From the NCBI RefSeq assembly GCF_001194135.2, contig NC_068991.1, positions 53,908,010-53,972,009 of the forward strand: DNA of 64,000 nucleotides, read 5' to 3'. The DNA is from Octopus bimaculoides (lineage: Eukaryota). This document shows positions 37,941 to 49,129 of the stretch, piece by piece. The stretch's first letter is position 1; each line of letters begins with the position of its first letter. A program made the position numbers and the translations under genes. The notes below the pieces were generated by a model, which was not told the origin of the DNA, searched no databases, and saw only the letters and a program-made list of their open reading frames with translations.

Positions 37941-38689
37941 GTCAATGTAACTGACTTGCCTACCCACTCAAAATTGCTGGCATTGAACCCTGCGACAGAC
38001 CAGCATCCTGTTCAGTGGGGGATAAAAATGATCTTGGTCATCTATACACCATGAAAACAAGGTAACGGACCTCATGAATCCAAGGATTTAAAAAGAGAAA
38101 AAGGAAAGTTCATAATCATCATAATTCGCAGTTTATTTTGTAGGTTTGAAAAAATTTAAGGCATTATGTAAACTATAGGATTTCTTCTAGAAATATGCAA
38201 CCACTACATAAACTTAAAATTCATATGAAAATTGATGAAATTAAAAAAATATTTGGATGAAAACCTTATTGTTGCATGAGCTTTGATAGCGTTTAATCTA
38301 ACACAGAAAAATTATGCATATTAATTAAGTAAAGTCCTGAATAATTTAGCATAAAAAGAATAGCTGCTTATTTGGATTGAAATATTGCTGATTCATTAGA
38401 AATTATGCTTGAACAACATGGATGGTAAATTAATGTATTTTTCTCGTGGTGATGACACCTTCCTGAAGGTTCCAAGTTCAAAAATATTGAATAATGATGT
38501 TTTACTTTCCACTGAAAGATTTGACAGATTTCATGTTCAAAGATAATATATAAGATGAAAGTAGAAAAAATAAAAGATATTTCATTGCTTCTTTAGAATT
38601 TCCATTTCTCCTCTTGTAATAAAGCATTACCTTACTATGTTCCTGCAAAATATTATCATGAATCAAATTTACTATTTCATTAGCAAAAA

Positions 38690-39088
38690 CCTAGCAAAAA
38701 CCAAAGTCTTAGTAAGTAGGAAGGCAGACAAATCACAAGTCCCTTCAGGTAGATGGCCCTGCTCGATTTGTAGAAAAGGTGTAGGTAGTAACTCTGTAAA
38801 ATGCACCCAGTGTAAGCTTTAGACGCATAAAAGGTGCAGCAATATTAGAGGAAGGTTAACAGGGAAAATAGCTTTTGTGTGTAGTAGATGTACAGGTACA
38901 ATAAACTCTGAAAATGTGCAGAAAATAGACTCCATCAACTGCCATGGGGGTAAGCTAGAGATAGTAGATAGCTTCCGTTACCTATGTGATTATGTCAGTA
39001 GTGGTGGATGCTCTGAGAGCACAGCTGTCAGAATAGGATTAGGCTGGGCAAAGTTTAGAGAGCTCCTGTCTCTGCTGACAACAAAGGG
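38690..39088 (+). mobile_element. RTE LINE internal fragment with a Cys-rich (PHD-like) insert
   Basis: KTKVLVS...WPCSICRKGVGSNSVKCTQCKL.THKRCS...FVCSRC...LEIVDSFRYL...RIGLGWAKFRELLSLLTTKG. It ends where the 23865 copy begins, so it is probably the same family. Confidence 0.85.
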
Positions 39089-39576
39089 ATTGGACTTGCA
39101 GAATACTTGATGTCATTAAACAAGTTGCAGTTACACTAATTAATCTTGTTACTGGATGAAGAAATAGGAATATCTATTACAGTTTCTTCATTCTACACTG
39201 CTAGCCAAATAATGGTGGAAGCTACAGATCTAATAATTTGATCATTAAGATCCAAGCAATTTATATATATATATATAATTTAATGTACACTATTAAAATA
39301 AGAACTACTAATAGTTTCTTGCCATTAAAACATATGGTTAGGTAGGTTTTCATAACATGCCTTGTGTCTCCAAGCAATCTCAATGCTCTGAGCACATCAT
39401 TTGTTTTATTTGAAATTTGCTGATCTTACTTAACAGAACAACAAACTACATATAATTCAGGGATTGGAGTGGCAGAATACTTGATGTCATTAAAGAAGTG
39501 GCAGTTACACTAACTAATTTTGCTACTGGATGAAGAAACAAGAATATTTATTACAGTTTCTTCACTCTACACTGCT
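39085..39576. repeat. 118-bp direct repeat (39085-39202 and 39459-39576)
   Basis: agggattgga...gcagaatacttgatgtcattaaa...ttacagtttcttca(t/c)tctacactgct occurs twice with scattered substitutions. Confidence 0.9.
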
Positions 39577-39735
39577 TTTTTTCCTTCTCTTTCTGTTTAT
39601 TTTTCTCTTATTCCTTTCTGCTGAAGAGCGTAGGCTTGAAATGTAAAAGACTTTTTCATTTTCCCGAGCATCAAATTAAAACACTTACTTGTTGTTCTTA
39701 CACCTGTCTTCATCGTCTTTTTTTTTCCAAAATTT
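39577..39735 (+). mobile_element. Possible Penelope-like element terminal-repeat fragment
   Basis: Contains ctgaagagcgtaggcttgaaa, the CTGA.GA...GAAA pattern typical of PLE repeats, in a pyrimidine-rich context. Confidence 0.4.
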
Positions 39736-39763
39736 CAACAAATACATACATACATACATACAT

Positions 39764-39825
<62 letters not shown>

Positions 39826-39920
39826 CCCTGAAAATACAAACACACATGAAGACATATAGGTACACATATTGTCGACTGTATTTCATGAAACTTTAATGGA
39901 TTATAGCAATGTTTTTTCAG

Positions 39921-40000
39921 GTTGTACTGGATGGTGTGGTAACCTGGTATGAATCTCTAATAATGCTAATTCTGTACGCTGTTTACATAATTTTAATGAG
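39921..40000 (+). CDS. SLC24 (NCKX3/4/5-like): NCKX transmembrane exon, end of the N-terminal TM cluster
   Basis: ttttcag|GTT...AG|gtgtgt; 80 nt, phase 0 to 2. VVLDGVVTWYESLIMLILYAVYIILM(R) matches D..V.W.ESL.....Y..YI..MK. Confidence 0.96.
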
Positions 40001-40220
40001 GTGTGTAAATTCATTTTATATTTATTTCTTTTGATTTTATTTTTAGCCTGTTTTAAATGAATAACTACAAATTTCTAAACAGGAAACTACTGCAGTCAAA
40101 TAAATAATGTAGGAACGGTTTTTATTGATAAATGATTGTTGAAGGAGGCACAAAGTCAAATACTTTATAGAAGCTAAGAGCAGACAACAGTGGTAATGGA
40201 GAATGTATGACTGGAACAAT

Positions 40221-40252
<32 letters not shown>

Positions 40253-40372
40253 AAACACAGATAAACATGTATATAGAGTTGAACTAGATTGGAGTCTACA
40301 GTTGTGATCTTGATCGTTGATTTCTCTCTTTCTTTCCTTTCTGTCAGTCTGTCATATCTCTCTCTCTCACTC

Positions 40373-40424
<52 letters not shown>

Positions 40425-41121
40425 NNNNNNNNNNNNNNNNNNNNNNNNNNNNNNNNNNNNNNNNNNNNNNNNNNNNNNNNNNNNNNNNNNNNNNNNNNNN
40501 NNNNNNNNNNNNNNNNNNNNNNNNNNNNNNNNNNNNNNNNNNNNNNNNNNNNNNNNNNNNNNNNNNNNNNNNNNNNNNNNNNNNNNNNNNNNNNNNNNNN
40601 NNNNNNNNNNNNNNNNNNNNNNNNNNNNNNNNNNNNNNNNNNNNNNNNNNNNNNNNNNNNNNNNNNNNNNNNNNNNNNNNNNNNNNNNNNNNNNNNNNNN
40701 NNNNNNNNNNNNNNNNNNNNNNNNNNNNNNNNNNNNNNNNNNNNNNNNNNNNNNNNNNNNNNNNNNNNNNNNNNNNNNNNNNNNNNNNNNNNNNNNNNNN
40801 NNNNNNNNNNNNNNNNNNNNNNNNNNNNNNNNNNNNNNNNNNNNNNNNNNNNNNNNNNNNNNNNNNNNNNNNNNNNNNNNNNNNNNNNNNNNNNNNNNNN
40901 NNNNNNNNNNNNNNNNNNNNNNNNNNNNNNNNNNNNNNNNNNNNNNNNNNNNNNNNNNNNNNNNNNNNNNNNNNNNNNNNNNNNNNNNNNNNNNNNNNNN
41001 NNNNNNNNNNNNNNNNNNNNNNNNNNNNNNNNNNNNNNNNNNNNNNNNNNNNNNNTGTGTGTGTGTAATTGTTAAAGAGGACAACAAGCATTAAAGCAAG
41101 GCAAACATCTCAAGTCATATG

Positions 41122-41161
<40 letters not shown>

Positions 41162-41579
41162 GGAAAATAAATTCCAGGTGTTTCTGAGATATCCCAGTGT
41201 ATGGGATATTCCATCATCAGAGACAAATAGGGAAAATGAGAAGGGTATAGATTAATGAAATGATGACATAGAGGACAGAAGGGAGGGAATAAGGAGATGA
41301 AGAATGGGAAGAAAAAAGAGAAATAAAAGATTATAGATTATATGTACATGTTTCAGACTCAGTACAACAGGTTTATCTTTTACTTGTTTCACACACACAT
41401 ATATATCCGATGAACTTCTTTCAAGTTCTATCTATGAAATCCACTTGCAAGGCTTTGGTCAGCCCGAGACTATAGCAGAAGACACTCGTCCAAGGTGCGG
41501 TGCCACACAGTGAGATTAAACCTAGAACCATGTGGCTGGGAAACAATTCACATTCACGCATACATACATACATATGATT

Positions 41580-41645
41580 GATACATACTCACACATATAT
41601 ACACACATTTCAGATTCAATACAGCAATTCACTCCTATATACATA
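41580..41645 (+). pseudogene. Decayed duplicate of the acceptor and first codons of the NCKX exon at 43615
   Basis: tttcag|attcaatacagcaattcactcctat vs the functional tttcag|attcaatacagtagttcaatcctat (3 mismatches in 31 nt); the upstream attgatac(a)..acacatatata is also shared. Confidence 0.7.
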
Positions 41646-42314
41646 CAACGGGAAGTCAAAAAATTATCTACACTTTCATCATAACATATCTTTATTATTG
41701 TCAGGCTACGTCCTGCACATGTGTTCTTATAGTTGGTACTATTGTGGTCACATGATCGAAGTTTGAGCCTGATCGTGCCATTTTCCTTTCTGGCTTTACA
41801 GTGTAAGCATGGCCGCTCCACTAGTAATGTGCACCAAAGAAGAACATAGAGCAGTGATCTGATTTCTCTGGTTGGAAGGTATGTCAGGTACTGAAATTCA
41901 TCAGAGGCTTTTTGTACAATACAGGAACAGTGCACTACTGCATACAAGTGTGTATGAGCGGATCAAGAAGTTTAAAAGTGGCCAGACAACTGCAATGCAT
42001 GAAGAGGGAGCAGACCACCCATCAACCTCCACCACTGACAAGAAGGTTCAACAAGCTCAAGAGATGATAACGGTGAACCAGTTCACCATTACCATCTCTC
42101 TGATCACTGCTCTTTGTTCTTCTTTGGTGAACATTGCTAGTGAAGTGGCCATGCTTACACTGTAAAACCAGAAAGGAAAATGATGCAACCAGGCTCAAAC
42201 TCCGATCACATAACCACAATAGTACCAACTATAAGTATGCATGCACAGAAGGAAGTGTGACAATAATAAAGATATGTTATAGCAAAAGTGCAGATAATTT
42301 TAAACTTTCCCTCA
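41646..42314 (+). mobile_element. Mariner-derived non-autonomous element with about 213-bp inverted arms
   Basis: TA-flanked. 41646-41859 is the reverse complement of 42102-42314. The interior encodes the transposase N-terminus MCTKEEHRAVI*FLWLEGMSGTEIHQRLFVQY...SVYERIKKFKSG..EEGADHPSTS. Confidence 0.92.
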
Positions 42315-42364
42315 TATATGCACACATACACACATTTCAGATGCAAAACAACAGTTTAGTCATA

Positions 42365-42760
42365 AACATCATCATCATCGTTTAATGTCCGTTTTCCATG
42401 CTGGCGTGGGTTGGACGGTTTGACTGGGAGCTGGCAAGTCAGTAGGCTGCGCCAGGCACCAATCTGATCTTGGAAGGTTTCTACAGCTGGATGTCCTTCC
42501 TGACACCAACCACTCTGAGAGTGTAGTGGGTGCTTTTTATGTGTCACCAGTATGGGAGCCAGTCAAGTGGCACTGGCATTGACCATGTTCAGTTGGTGCT
42601 TTTTACATGCCACCAGCACAAGGAGCCAGTCAGGCATCACTGGCATTGACCCACGCTTGAATGGTGCTTATTACATGCCACCAGCACAGGTGCCAGTCAG
42701 GTGGCACTGGCATCAGCTACAACTACAATTTCCATTTTGAGTTCAATCTTGATTTACTTT
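42365..42760 (-). mobile_element. RTE-type 3' UTR/tail element
   Basis: Reverse complement of the tail at 24650-24850 with a (CAT)n end. Other tail copies at 9090-9270, 11415-11560, 13935-14040, 27035-27170, 31530-31720 and 63830-63970. Confidence 0.75.
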
Positions 42761-42784
42761 TGACTTTCATTTATATATATATAT

Positions 42785-43505
42785 CATCATCATCATCATC
42801 ATCATCGTTTAACGTCCGCTTTCCATGCTAGCATGGGTTGGACGATTCGACTGAGGACTGGTGAAACCGGATGGCAACACCAGGCTCCAATCTAATTTGG
42901 CAGAGTATCTACAGCTGGATGCCCTTCCTAACGCCAACCACTCAGAGAGTGTAGTNNNNNNNNNNNNNNNNNNNNNNNNNNNNNNNNNNNNNNNNNNNNN
43001 NNNNNNNNNNNNNNNNNNNNNNNNNNNNNNNNNNNNNNNNNNNNNNNNNNNNNNNNNNNNNNNNNNNNNNNNNNNNNNNNNNNNNNNNNNNNNNNNNNNN
43101 NNNNNNNNNNNNNNNNNNNNNNNNNNNNNNNNNNNNNNNNNNNNNNNNNNNNNNNNNNNNNNNNNNNNNNNNNNNNNNNNNNNNNNNNNNNNNNNNNNNN
43201 NNNNNNNNNNNNNNNNNNNNNNNNNNNNNNNNNNNNNNNNNNNNNNNNNNNNNNGTCAGTAGTCATCGCCTCGGTGAGGCCCAATGTACGAAGGTCTTGC
43301 CTTACCACCTCAGCCCAGGTCTTCCTGGGCCTACCTCTTCCACGGGTTCCCTCAACTGTTAGGGTGTGGCACTTTTTCACGCAGCTATCCTCATCCATTC
43401 TCACCACATGTCCATACCAGCGCAATCGTCTCTCTTGCACGCCACAACTGATGCTTCTAATGTTCAGCTTTTCTCTCAAGATACTTACACTCTGACGGGT
43501 ATTCA
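42785..43505 (-). mobile_element. 5'-truncated RTE LINE, same family as 23865-24850, interrupted by a gap
   Basis: RQSVSILREKLNIRSISCGVQERRLRWYGHVVRMDEDSCVKKCHTLTVEGTRGRGRPRKTWAEVVRQDL, with the tail and (CAT)n at 42785-42955. Confidence 0.92.
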
Positions 43506-43614
43506 CATTGACATTACACATCCAACGGAGCATATATGTATATATATATATATTCACACATAGACACATACATATAGACATATGCATTGATACACACATA
43601 TATATATATTTCAG

Positions 43615-43733
43615 ATTCAATACAGTAGTTCAATCCTATGTGTCTTCAAAGCTTCGACGTGGTGAAAGTACTGAGCTGCTTCACACTGGTGGAACAGCAA
43701 TGAAATCATTAGGGAAAGGATTCGGAGATTATG
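43615..43733 (+). CDS. SLC24 (NCKX3/4/5-like): NCKX exon, start of the cytoplasmic loop
   Basis: tttcag|A...G|gtaagt; 119 nt, phase 2 to 1. (R)FNTVVQSYVSSKLRRGESTELLHTGGTAMKSLGKGFGDY; gives LMRFN across the junction (family LMK(F/Y)N). Confidence 0.9.
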
Positions 43734-44199
43734 GTAAGTATTGCATTCAATATTATTATTTCAATATAAATTCTGCCCAGGTCGACTTTGCCTTTCATCC
43801 TTTCGAGGTCGATAAATTAAGTACCAGTTGCGTACTGGAGTCAATCTAATCGACTGGTCTCCTCCCCAAAAATTTCAGGCCTTGTGCCTAGAGTAGAAAC
43901 GAATATAATCATGAATACATGTGGCTTGGTGGATAAGGAATTTGGTTCATAATCATAAGGTTGTGAGTTCAATTCCTGATGACACATTGTGTTCTTGAGC
44001 AAGACATTTCATTTCACATTCCTCAATCCACTCACCTAGCAAAACTGTGTAGTATCTGCATTTCAAAGGCCAGGCTTCTCATGTTTTGTATTATATTGAA
44101 TCTCCCTGAGAACTACATTAAGGGTTCGTGAGTTTGTGGAGTGTTCAGCCACTTGCACATTAATTTCATGAGTAAGCTGTTATGGTCCCCTACCTTTGT

Positions 44200-44720
44200 A
44201 TTTGAAGAGTCCTCACATTCTTGTTTGTTTGCAGTTTGCTCATTACACAATGATTTCTCCTCATTAGATATGATGTTCAAGCAAATATTTTCATTTTCAT
44301 TACACTCCTCACTTTCAGTCTCTTGTGTTGGCTCAACAACCAGTTGCTTAACAATGTTTGACTTTTTTTGTCCCTCTCAATGACCATTTTTTCTTCTTCT
44401 TAGCCCTACAGTAAAATTTCAAATGATTTAGGAGTGCCAGTGGTTTTCTCCCACCATTTTTTGTCTTGAGCCAGTTCAACAGAAGGATGAATATCATCTG
44501 GCCTTAAGAAACTCTAGCCAGATGGTCCAACTTGATTTGGTGATGCAGCAGTTAGTGTCAGTGAGGCAAGTCCTGTGGAAATTGTTTGTCGCACTTCTGT
44601 TGCAATGGAATTCTCATCAATATTTAGGAAACATTTGAAATATTTCTGTCCTCTTGAAAACTATTAATGCCAATATGTTTGAAGGGTACTGGAAGATGTT
44701 CTCATAAAACAGTACAAGAA
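44200..44720 (-). mobile_element. pogo/Tigger-like (DDE_1) transposase C-terminal relic
   Basis: Minus-strand PSNILA..FKRTEIF and RPDDIHP....KNGGRKP..LL resemble T..NI..GF..TGI.P and SP.DI.P.P....GRK...S.ILT; heavily decayed. Confidence 0.5.
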
Positions 44721-44918
44721 TCTTCATTAAGTTCTTTGTTTCTGCTATAAAAGAAATGTTTCTGTTGAATCCACATTCCAAGTAACCCAACTTCTGTGTA
44801 TTTCATTAAGAATATGGTAACAGACAGATTACATGTTCATTCATATACAATTTTTAAAAGAAGCTTGTTTCAAAACTGAATGTCTGAAGAAGCTCACTGA
44901 ATGTTTATTAATTTTCAG

Positions 44919-45042
44919 AAATGTTCAATAATGATGAAGAGGATGTTTACTCCAGAGATTCTGCCCCAGCACAACCACCAGTAACTACAAAGCCACCAGA
45001 ACAATTACCTGTCGATGAATATCTTGTCAAATATTATATACC
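44919..45042 (+). CDS. SLC24 (NCKX3/4/5-like): NCKX cytoplasmic loop exon
   Basis: ttttcag|AA...CC|gtaaat; 124 nt, phase 1 to 2. (E)MFNNDEEDVYSRDSAPAQPPVTTKPPEQLPVDEYLVKYYI(P). Phases fit both neighbours, but little family similarity is visible. Confidence 0.8.
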
Positions 45043-45456
45043 GTAAATAAATATTATTATTATTATCATTATTATCATTATTATCATATACACATTAGAA
45101 AACAAATGAGAAAATGGAATGGCATAGAGAGAATGAGTCGGGGGATAAAAGAGAGGGGAAAATAAGGAAAAGAAAACAGAAATAACAAATTTTTGTAACT
45201 ATGGAAACCTCAAATCATCTCTGAGATTTCAAAATGCTGTGTTGTTATTATTTAATAAATAAAGCTTCTTCCACTGGTGGGTGGTGGGTGGTGGGTATTT
45301 GATTTTAGAAGTGAAAAGATGGCGCCATAAGTAGACTGAAGACTTAACAAATACGAATGTAAAATGAATGATTAAATTATGACATAACACTGAAGTTAAA
45401 GCTTATTTGATTTTACCCATGAACAAATACAACAGTATGCAGTATATGACATTTAA

Positions 45457-45675
45457 CCCTTTAACATTCATATTACTCTGTCAAATGTAATGCATATTAA
45501 TTCATATTGTTTTGAATTAACTGTGCATTATCTGGTAGCTTTTGAGAGTTTGATGATGTAATTGTTTGTTTCTTACATTTATGACATTGTCGGGTAGGTG
45601 TGAGAGGCCAAATCTGGATGGTTTGAACATAAAACATGTAGAATATTTGGGTCTGATATGACTGGTTTAACTGCT
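45457..45675. mobile_element. piggyBac-type MITE copy, right end eroded
   Basis: Starts ttaa|ccctttaacattca; the body matches 55621-55839. Confidence 0.75.
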
Positions 45676-45777
45676 TGTAATTTTCTTGAGCTGACACAGT
45701 GATAGGAGTTGTAAGAAACAAACTTGTGTCCTTGGCTTGAATATATCTGAGCCTTTAGACATGGGTTTACCTTTTAC

Positions 45778-45944
45778 ATTTTACTTGTTTCAGTCATTTA
45801 GCTGTGGCCATGCTGGGGCACCACCTTGAAAGATTTTACTTGAATGAAACCTGATACTTATTCTATCAGTGTCTTTTGCTGAACCACTAAGCTATGGGAA
45901 TGTAAAAACACCAACACTGGTTGTCAAGCAGTTGTGGGGAACAA

Positions 45945-46014
<70 letters not shown>

Positions 46015-46185
46015 GCATGCACACACATGACAGGCTTCTTTCAGTTTCTGTTTACCAAATCCACTCACAATGTTTTGGTTGGCACCAGGTTATAGTTAAA
46101 GACACTTTAAAGTGCCATACTGGGACCAAACCCCAAATCATGTGATTGGGAAGCACACTTCTTACCACACAGCCACACCTGCACC
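45778..46185 (-). mobile_element. SINE family A, full-length
   Basis: Reverse complement of the family A head, core and tail. Further full copies at 46393-46850(-), 53350-53760, 59300-59705(-) and 61220-61570. Confidence 0.85.
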
Positions 46186-46649
46186 AATATAGGTTTATTC
46201 AGAAAAAGAATGTCTAAATTTTGACAAATAATAATTTTTTCCAATTTTGGTGTAAAGCCAGCAATCTTTTTGGGGTAGGGCAGGGCAGGGGGTCAAATTG
46301 GTTACTTCGACCCCCTCTATTTTATTGCTCCAAAAAGATGAAAATCAAAATCAACCTTAGTTGATTTTACTAAGGTTGATTGAGCAACCTTAGTACTAAG
46401 TTACAGGGACATAGACTCACCAGCATTGGTTGTCAAGCAATGGTGTGGTGGGGACAAACATCTACATATATATATATATATATATATATCAATTTAAATA
46501 AGAGCTAAAAGATGATCCATTGCTAAAAGATGATCATCTTTTAGCTCTTATTTAAATTGATATACATACAAAAACTCACATGTGAGAATTTTGCTACGTT
46601 TGTTAACAGATACAATATTTTTACCAAATTTTAGTATAGATCTATAAAT

Positions 46650-46693
<44 letters not shown>

Positions 46694-47373
46694 GACAGGC
46701 TTCTTTCAGTTTCCATCTACCAAATTCACTCACAAGGCTTTGGTCAGCCTAAGGCTATAGCAGAAGCCACTTGCCCAAGATGTCACACAATAGGACCATG
46801 TGGTTAGTAAGCAAGCTACTTACCACACAGGCACTCCTGCACCTATTAAAGTTGTGCCCCAGGATACTGTAGCATTGTTATATCTTTACTTTTGTATATG
46901 CTATTACTGTGAAGGTGCATGGCTCAGTGATTAAGGGGTATCAGCTTGCAATCACGAGGTAGTGAGTTTGATTCCTGGACAAGATTGTGTGTTGTGTTCT
47001 TGAAAAAGACACTTCTTTTTTCACATTGCTTCAGTTCACTCAGCTGTAGAAATGAGTTGTGACATCATTGGTGTCAAGCCATATTGGCCTTTGCCTTTCC
47101 CTTGGATAACATTAGTGACGTGGGGAGGGGAGGTTGGTATGCATGGGCAACTGCTGGTCATCCATAAACAACCTTGCTCAGACTTGTGCCTTGGAGGGGA
47201 ACTTTCCAGGTGCAATCCCAAAGTCATTCATGACCGAAGGGGGCCTTTACCCTTTACTCTATGCTATTAATAAAAATCATTCAGCTTGAGATCATATTTT
47301 TCTAAATATGTGCTTGATTAAACTTCTTCTATTAATGCTGCATATGTAATTAATTCATTTTTAATTAATTCAG

Positions 47374-47470
47374 ATATGGATTCTATGGCTTTATCTTCCG
47401 ACTACTCATGATGAATAGATTTTCTATAAGAACCCGATTTATCTCTGCTGTACGATTGGTCATTATATAT
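47374..47470 (+). CDS. SLC24 (NCKX3/4/5-like): NCKX cytoplasmic loop exon
   Basis: aattcag|A...TAT|gtaagt; 97 nt, phase 2 to 0. YGFYGFIFRLLMMNRFSIRTRFISAVRLVIIY resembles the NCKX3/4 loop motif LRIM....F...TRL..A.R..I. Confidence 0.88.
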
Positions 47471-48288
47471 GTAAGTTTAACACTTTACATTATAAATATA
47501 CTCTGATATATTTTTAAAAAATCAGATTGTTTATATAAAAAAATATAATGAAAATCTTAATTTTTTTTCAGTTTTGCCACACACATGCACACATATATAC
47601 ATTTGTAATGTAGTTTTTGATTTAATGGCAATGTAAAAATATAATAACTAATTAATATAATAAACAATGGATAAGGCAGTGAGTTGGTAGAATGATTAGC
47701 ATGCTGAGCAAGATGCTTAGCAGCATTTCATCTCTGCATTCTGTGTTCAAATTTCACCAGTGTTCACTTTGCCTTTCATCCTTTCAGGATCGATAAAGTA
47801 AGTACCAGTTTAGCATTGGGATCGCTTTAATTAACTTGGCCCCTCCCACCTCAATAAAACTGCTGGCCTTGTGCCAAAATTTGAAACCAACATAATTAAC
47901 AACAGCAAGCTAGCAGACTCATTAGCACACCATGCAAAACACTCTGTGTTTAAATACCACTGAGGTCAACTTTGCCTTTCATCCTTTCAGGATTGATAGA
48001 ATAAGGACCAGTAGAGTATTAAGGTTGATGTAATCAACTTATCCATACCCCGAAATTGCTGGCCTTGTGCTAAAATTTGAAACCGATATAATTAACAGCT
48101 TATATCAACCAGGCCTTGCAGTAGATTATATTTTTCAATCTCCAAAATTTCCATCTCAATAATGTCCTTAATTTTGACTGAAATGAAATTAAGAATTTTT
48201 TAAAGTAAAACAATATTACATATAAAAGCATTGAGAGAGAAAACAAAAGCAGATTCATTCACAGGACTGAAAACTCAAACCTCATTTC

Positions 48289-48431
48289 TTTATAATGTCT
48301 AATACCATTTACTGTCATTAATTCTATGTCTGATACAATTCATATATGTCTAATACCATCTATAAATGGTATATATAATGTCTAATACCATTGTTTATAA
48401 TGCCTAATACCATTTACTGTCATTAATTCTA
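48289..48431. repeat. Local imperfect tandem repeat (ataatgtctaataccat...)
   Basis: (a)tgtctaataccat occurs 4 times, and a longer unit ...taataccatttactgtcattaattctat occurs twice. Confidence 0.75.
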
Positions 48432-48616
48432 TTTGAAAATAGATCTTGAATTTTCTTTATCTAATTATAAATGAAAGTCAACCAAGAAGTTATTTTCTTT
48501 ACCTTTATATCAAAGAAGACCAACATTAGTCAGCATTTTTAGAACAAATTCTGTAGAAATTGTACACTTGGCTCTTTTCAAATAATCTAATTTAAATGTA
48601 TTTTCTTCATTGGTAG

Positions 48617-48720
48617 CGCCGAAAAATGAATGTCATTCTTGCAGCCCAACGAAGGCAAGACTTCAAGTCTGCTGCTCAGCAACCTAGTGTAACATCATAT
48701 TCGAAAACTCCTCGCAGTTG
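48617..48720 (+). CDS. SLC24 (NCKX3/4/5-like): NCKX cytoplasmic loop exon
   Basis: tggtag|CGC...TG|gttagt; 104 nt, phase 0 to 2. RRKMNVILAAQRRQDFKSAAQQPSVTSYSKTPRS(W); open frame and compatible phases. Confidence 0.82.
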
Positions 48721-48787
48721 GTTAGTATCTACAATACGTCTTTGTATAAATGAAAGAATAACAAGATCGATTCTGTCAGTATCTTAA

Positions 48788-48957
48788 CCCTGTTCAAACT
48801 GACCAGATCCAAGCTCTCACACCTACACTACAATGTTATTCTACATTAAGTACTTACACCATCAAGATCTTGAAGATATGAGATAATGCATGCTTAATTC
48901 AAATCAATGTGAATCAATAAGCATTATGTTTGATAGAATAATCTGAAAACTAAAGGG
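48788..48957. mobile_element. piggyBac-type MITE copy with an internal deletion
   Basis: ttaa|ccc...ctaaaggg|ttaa; the body matches 57226-57445. Confidence 0.8.
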
Positions 48958-49129
48958 TTAAATATTGTACAAAAAATTTAAGATTCTTTTGCACATTGAG
49001 CAATTTAAGTACAGTTGGAATAATTTTTGTATGAATTTCAATAAAATATTTATGACCATAAAAAAAAAAATCTTAACAATATGTATCTCTTTAGGTTTAA
49101 TTAATTAATATTTTGTCAATTATTCATAG

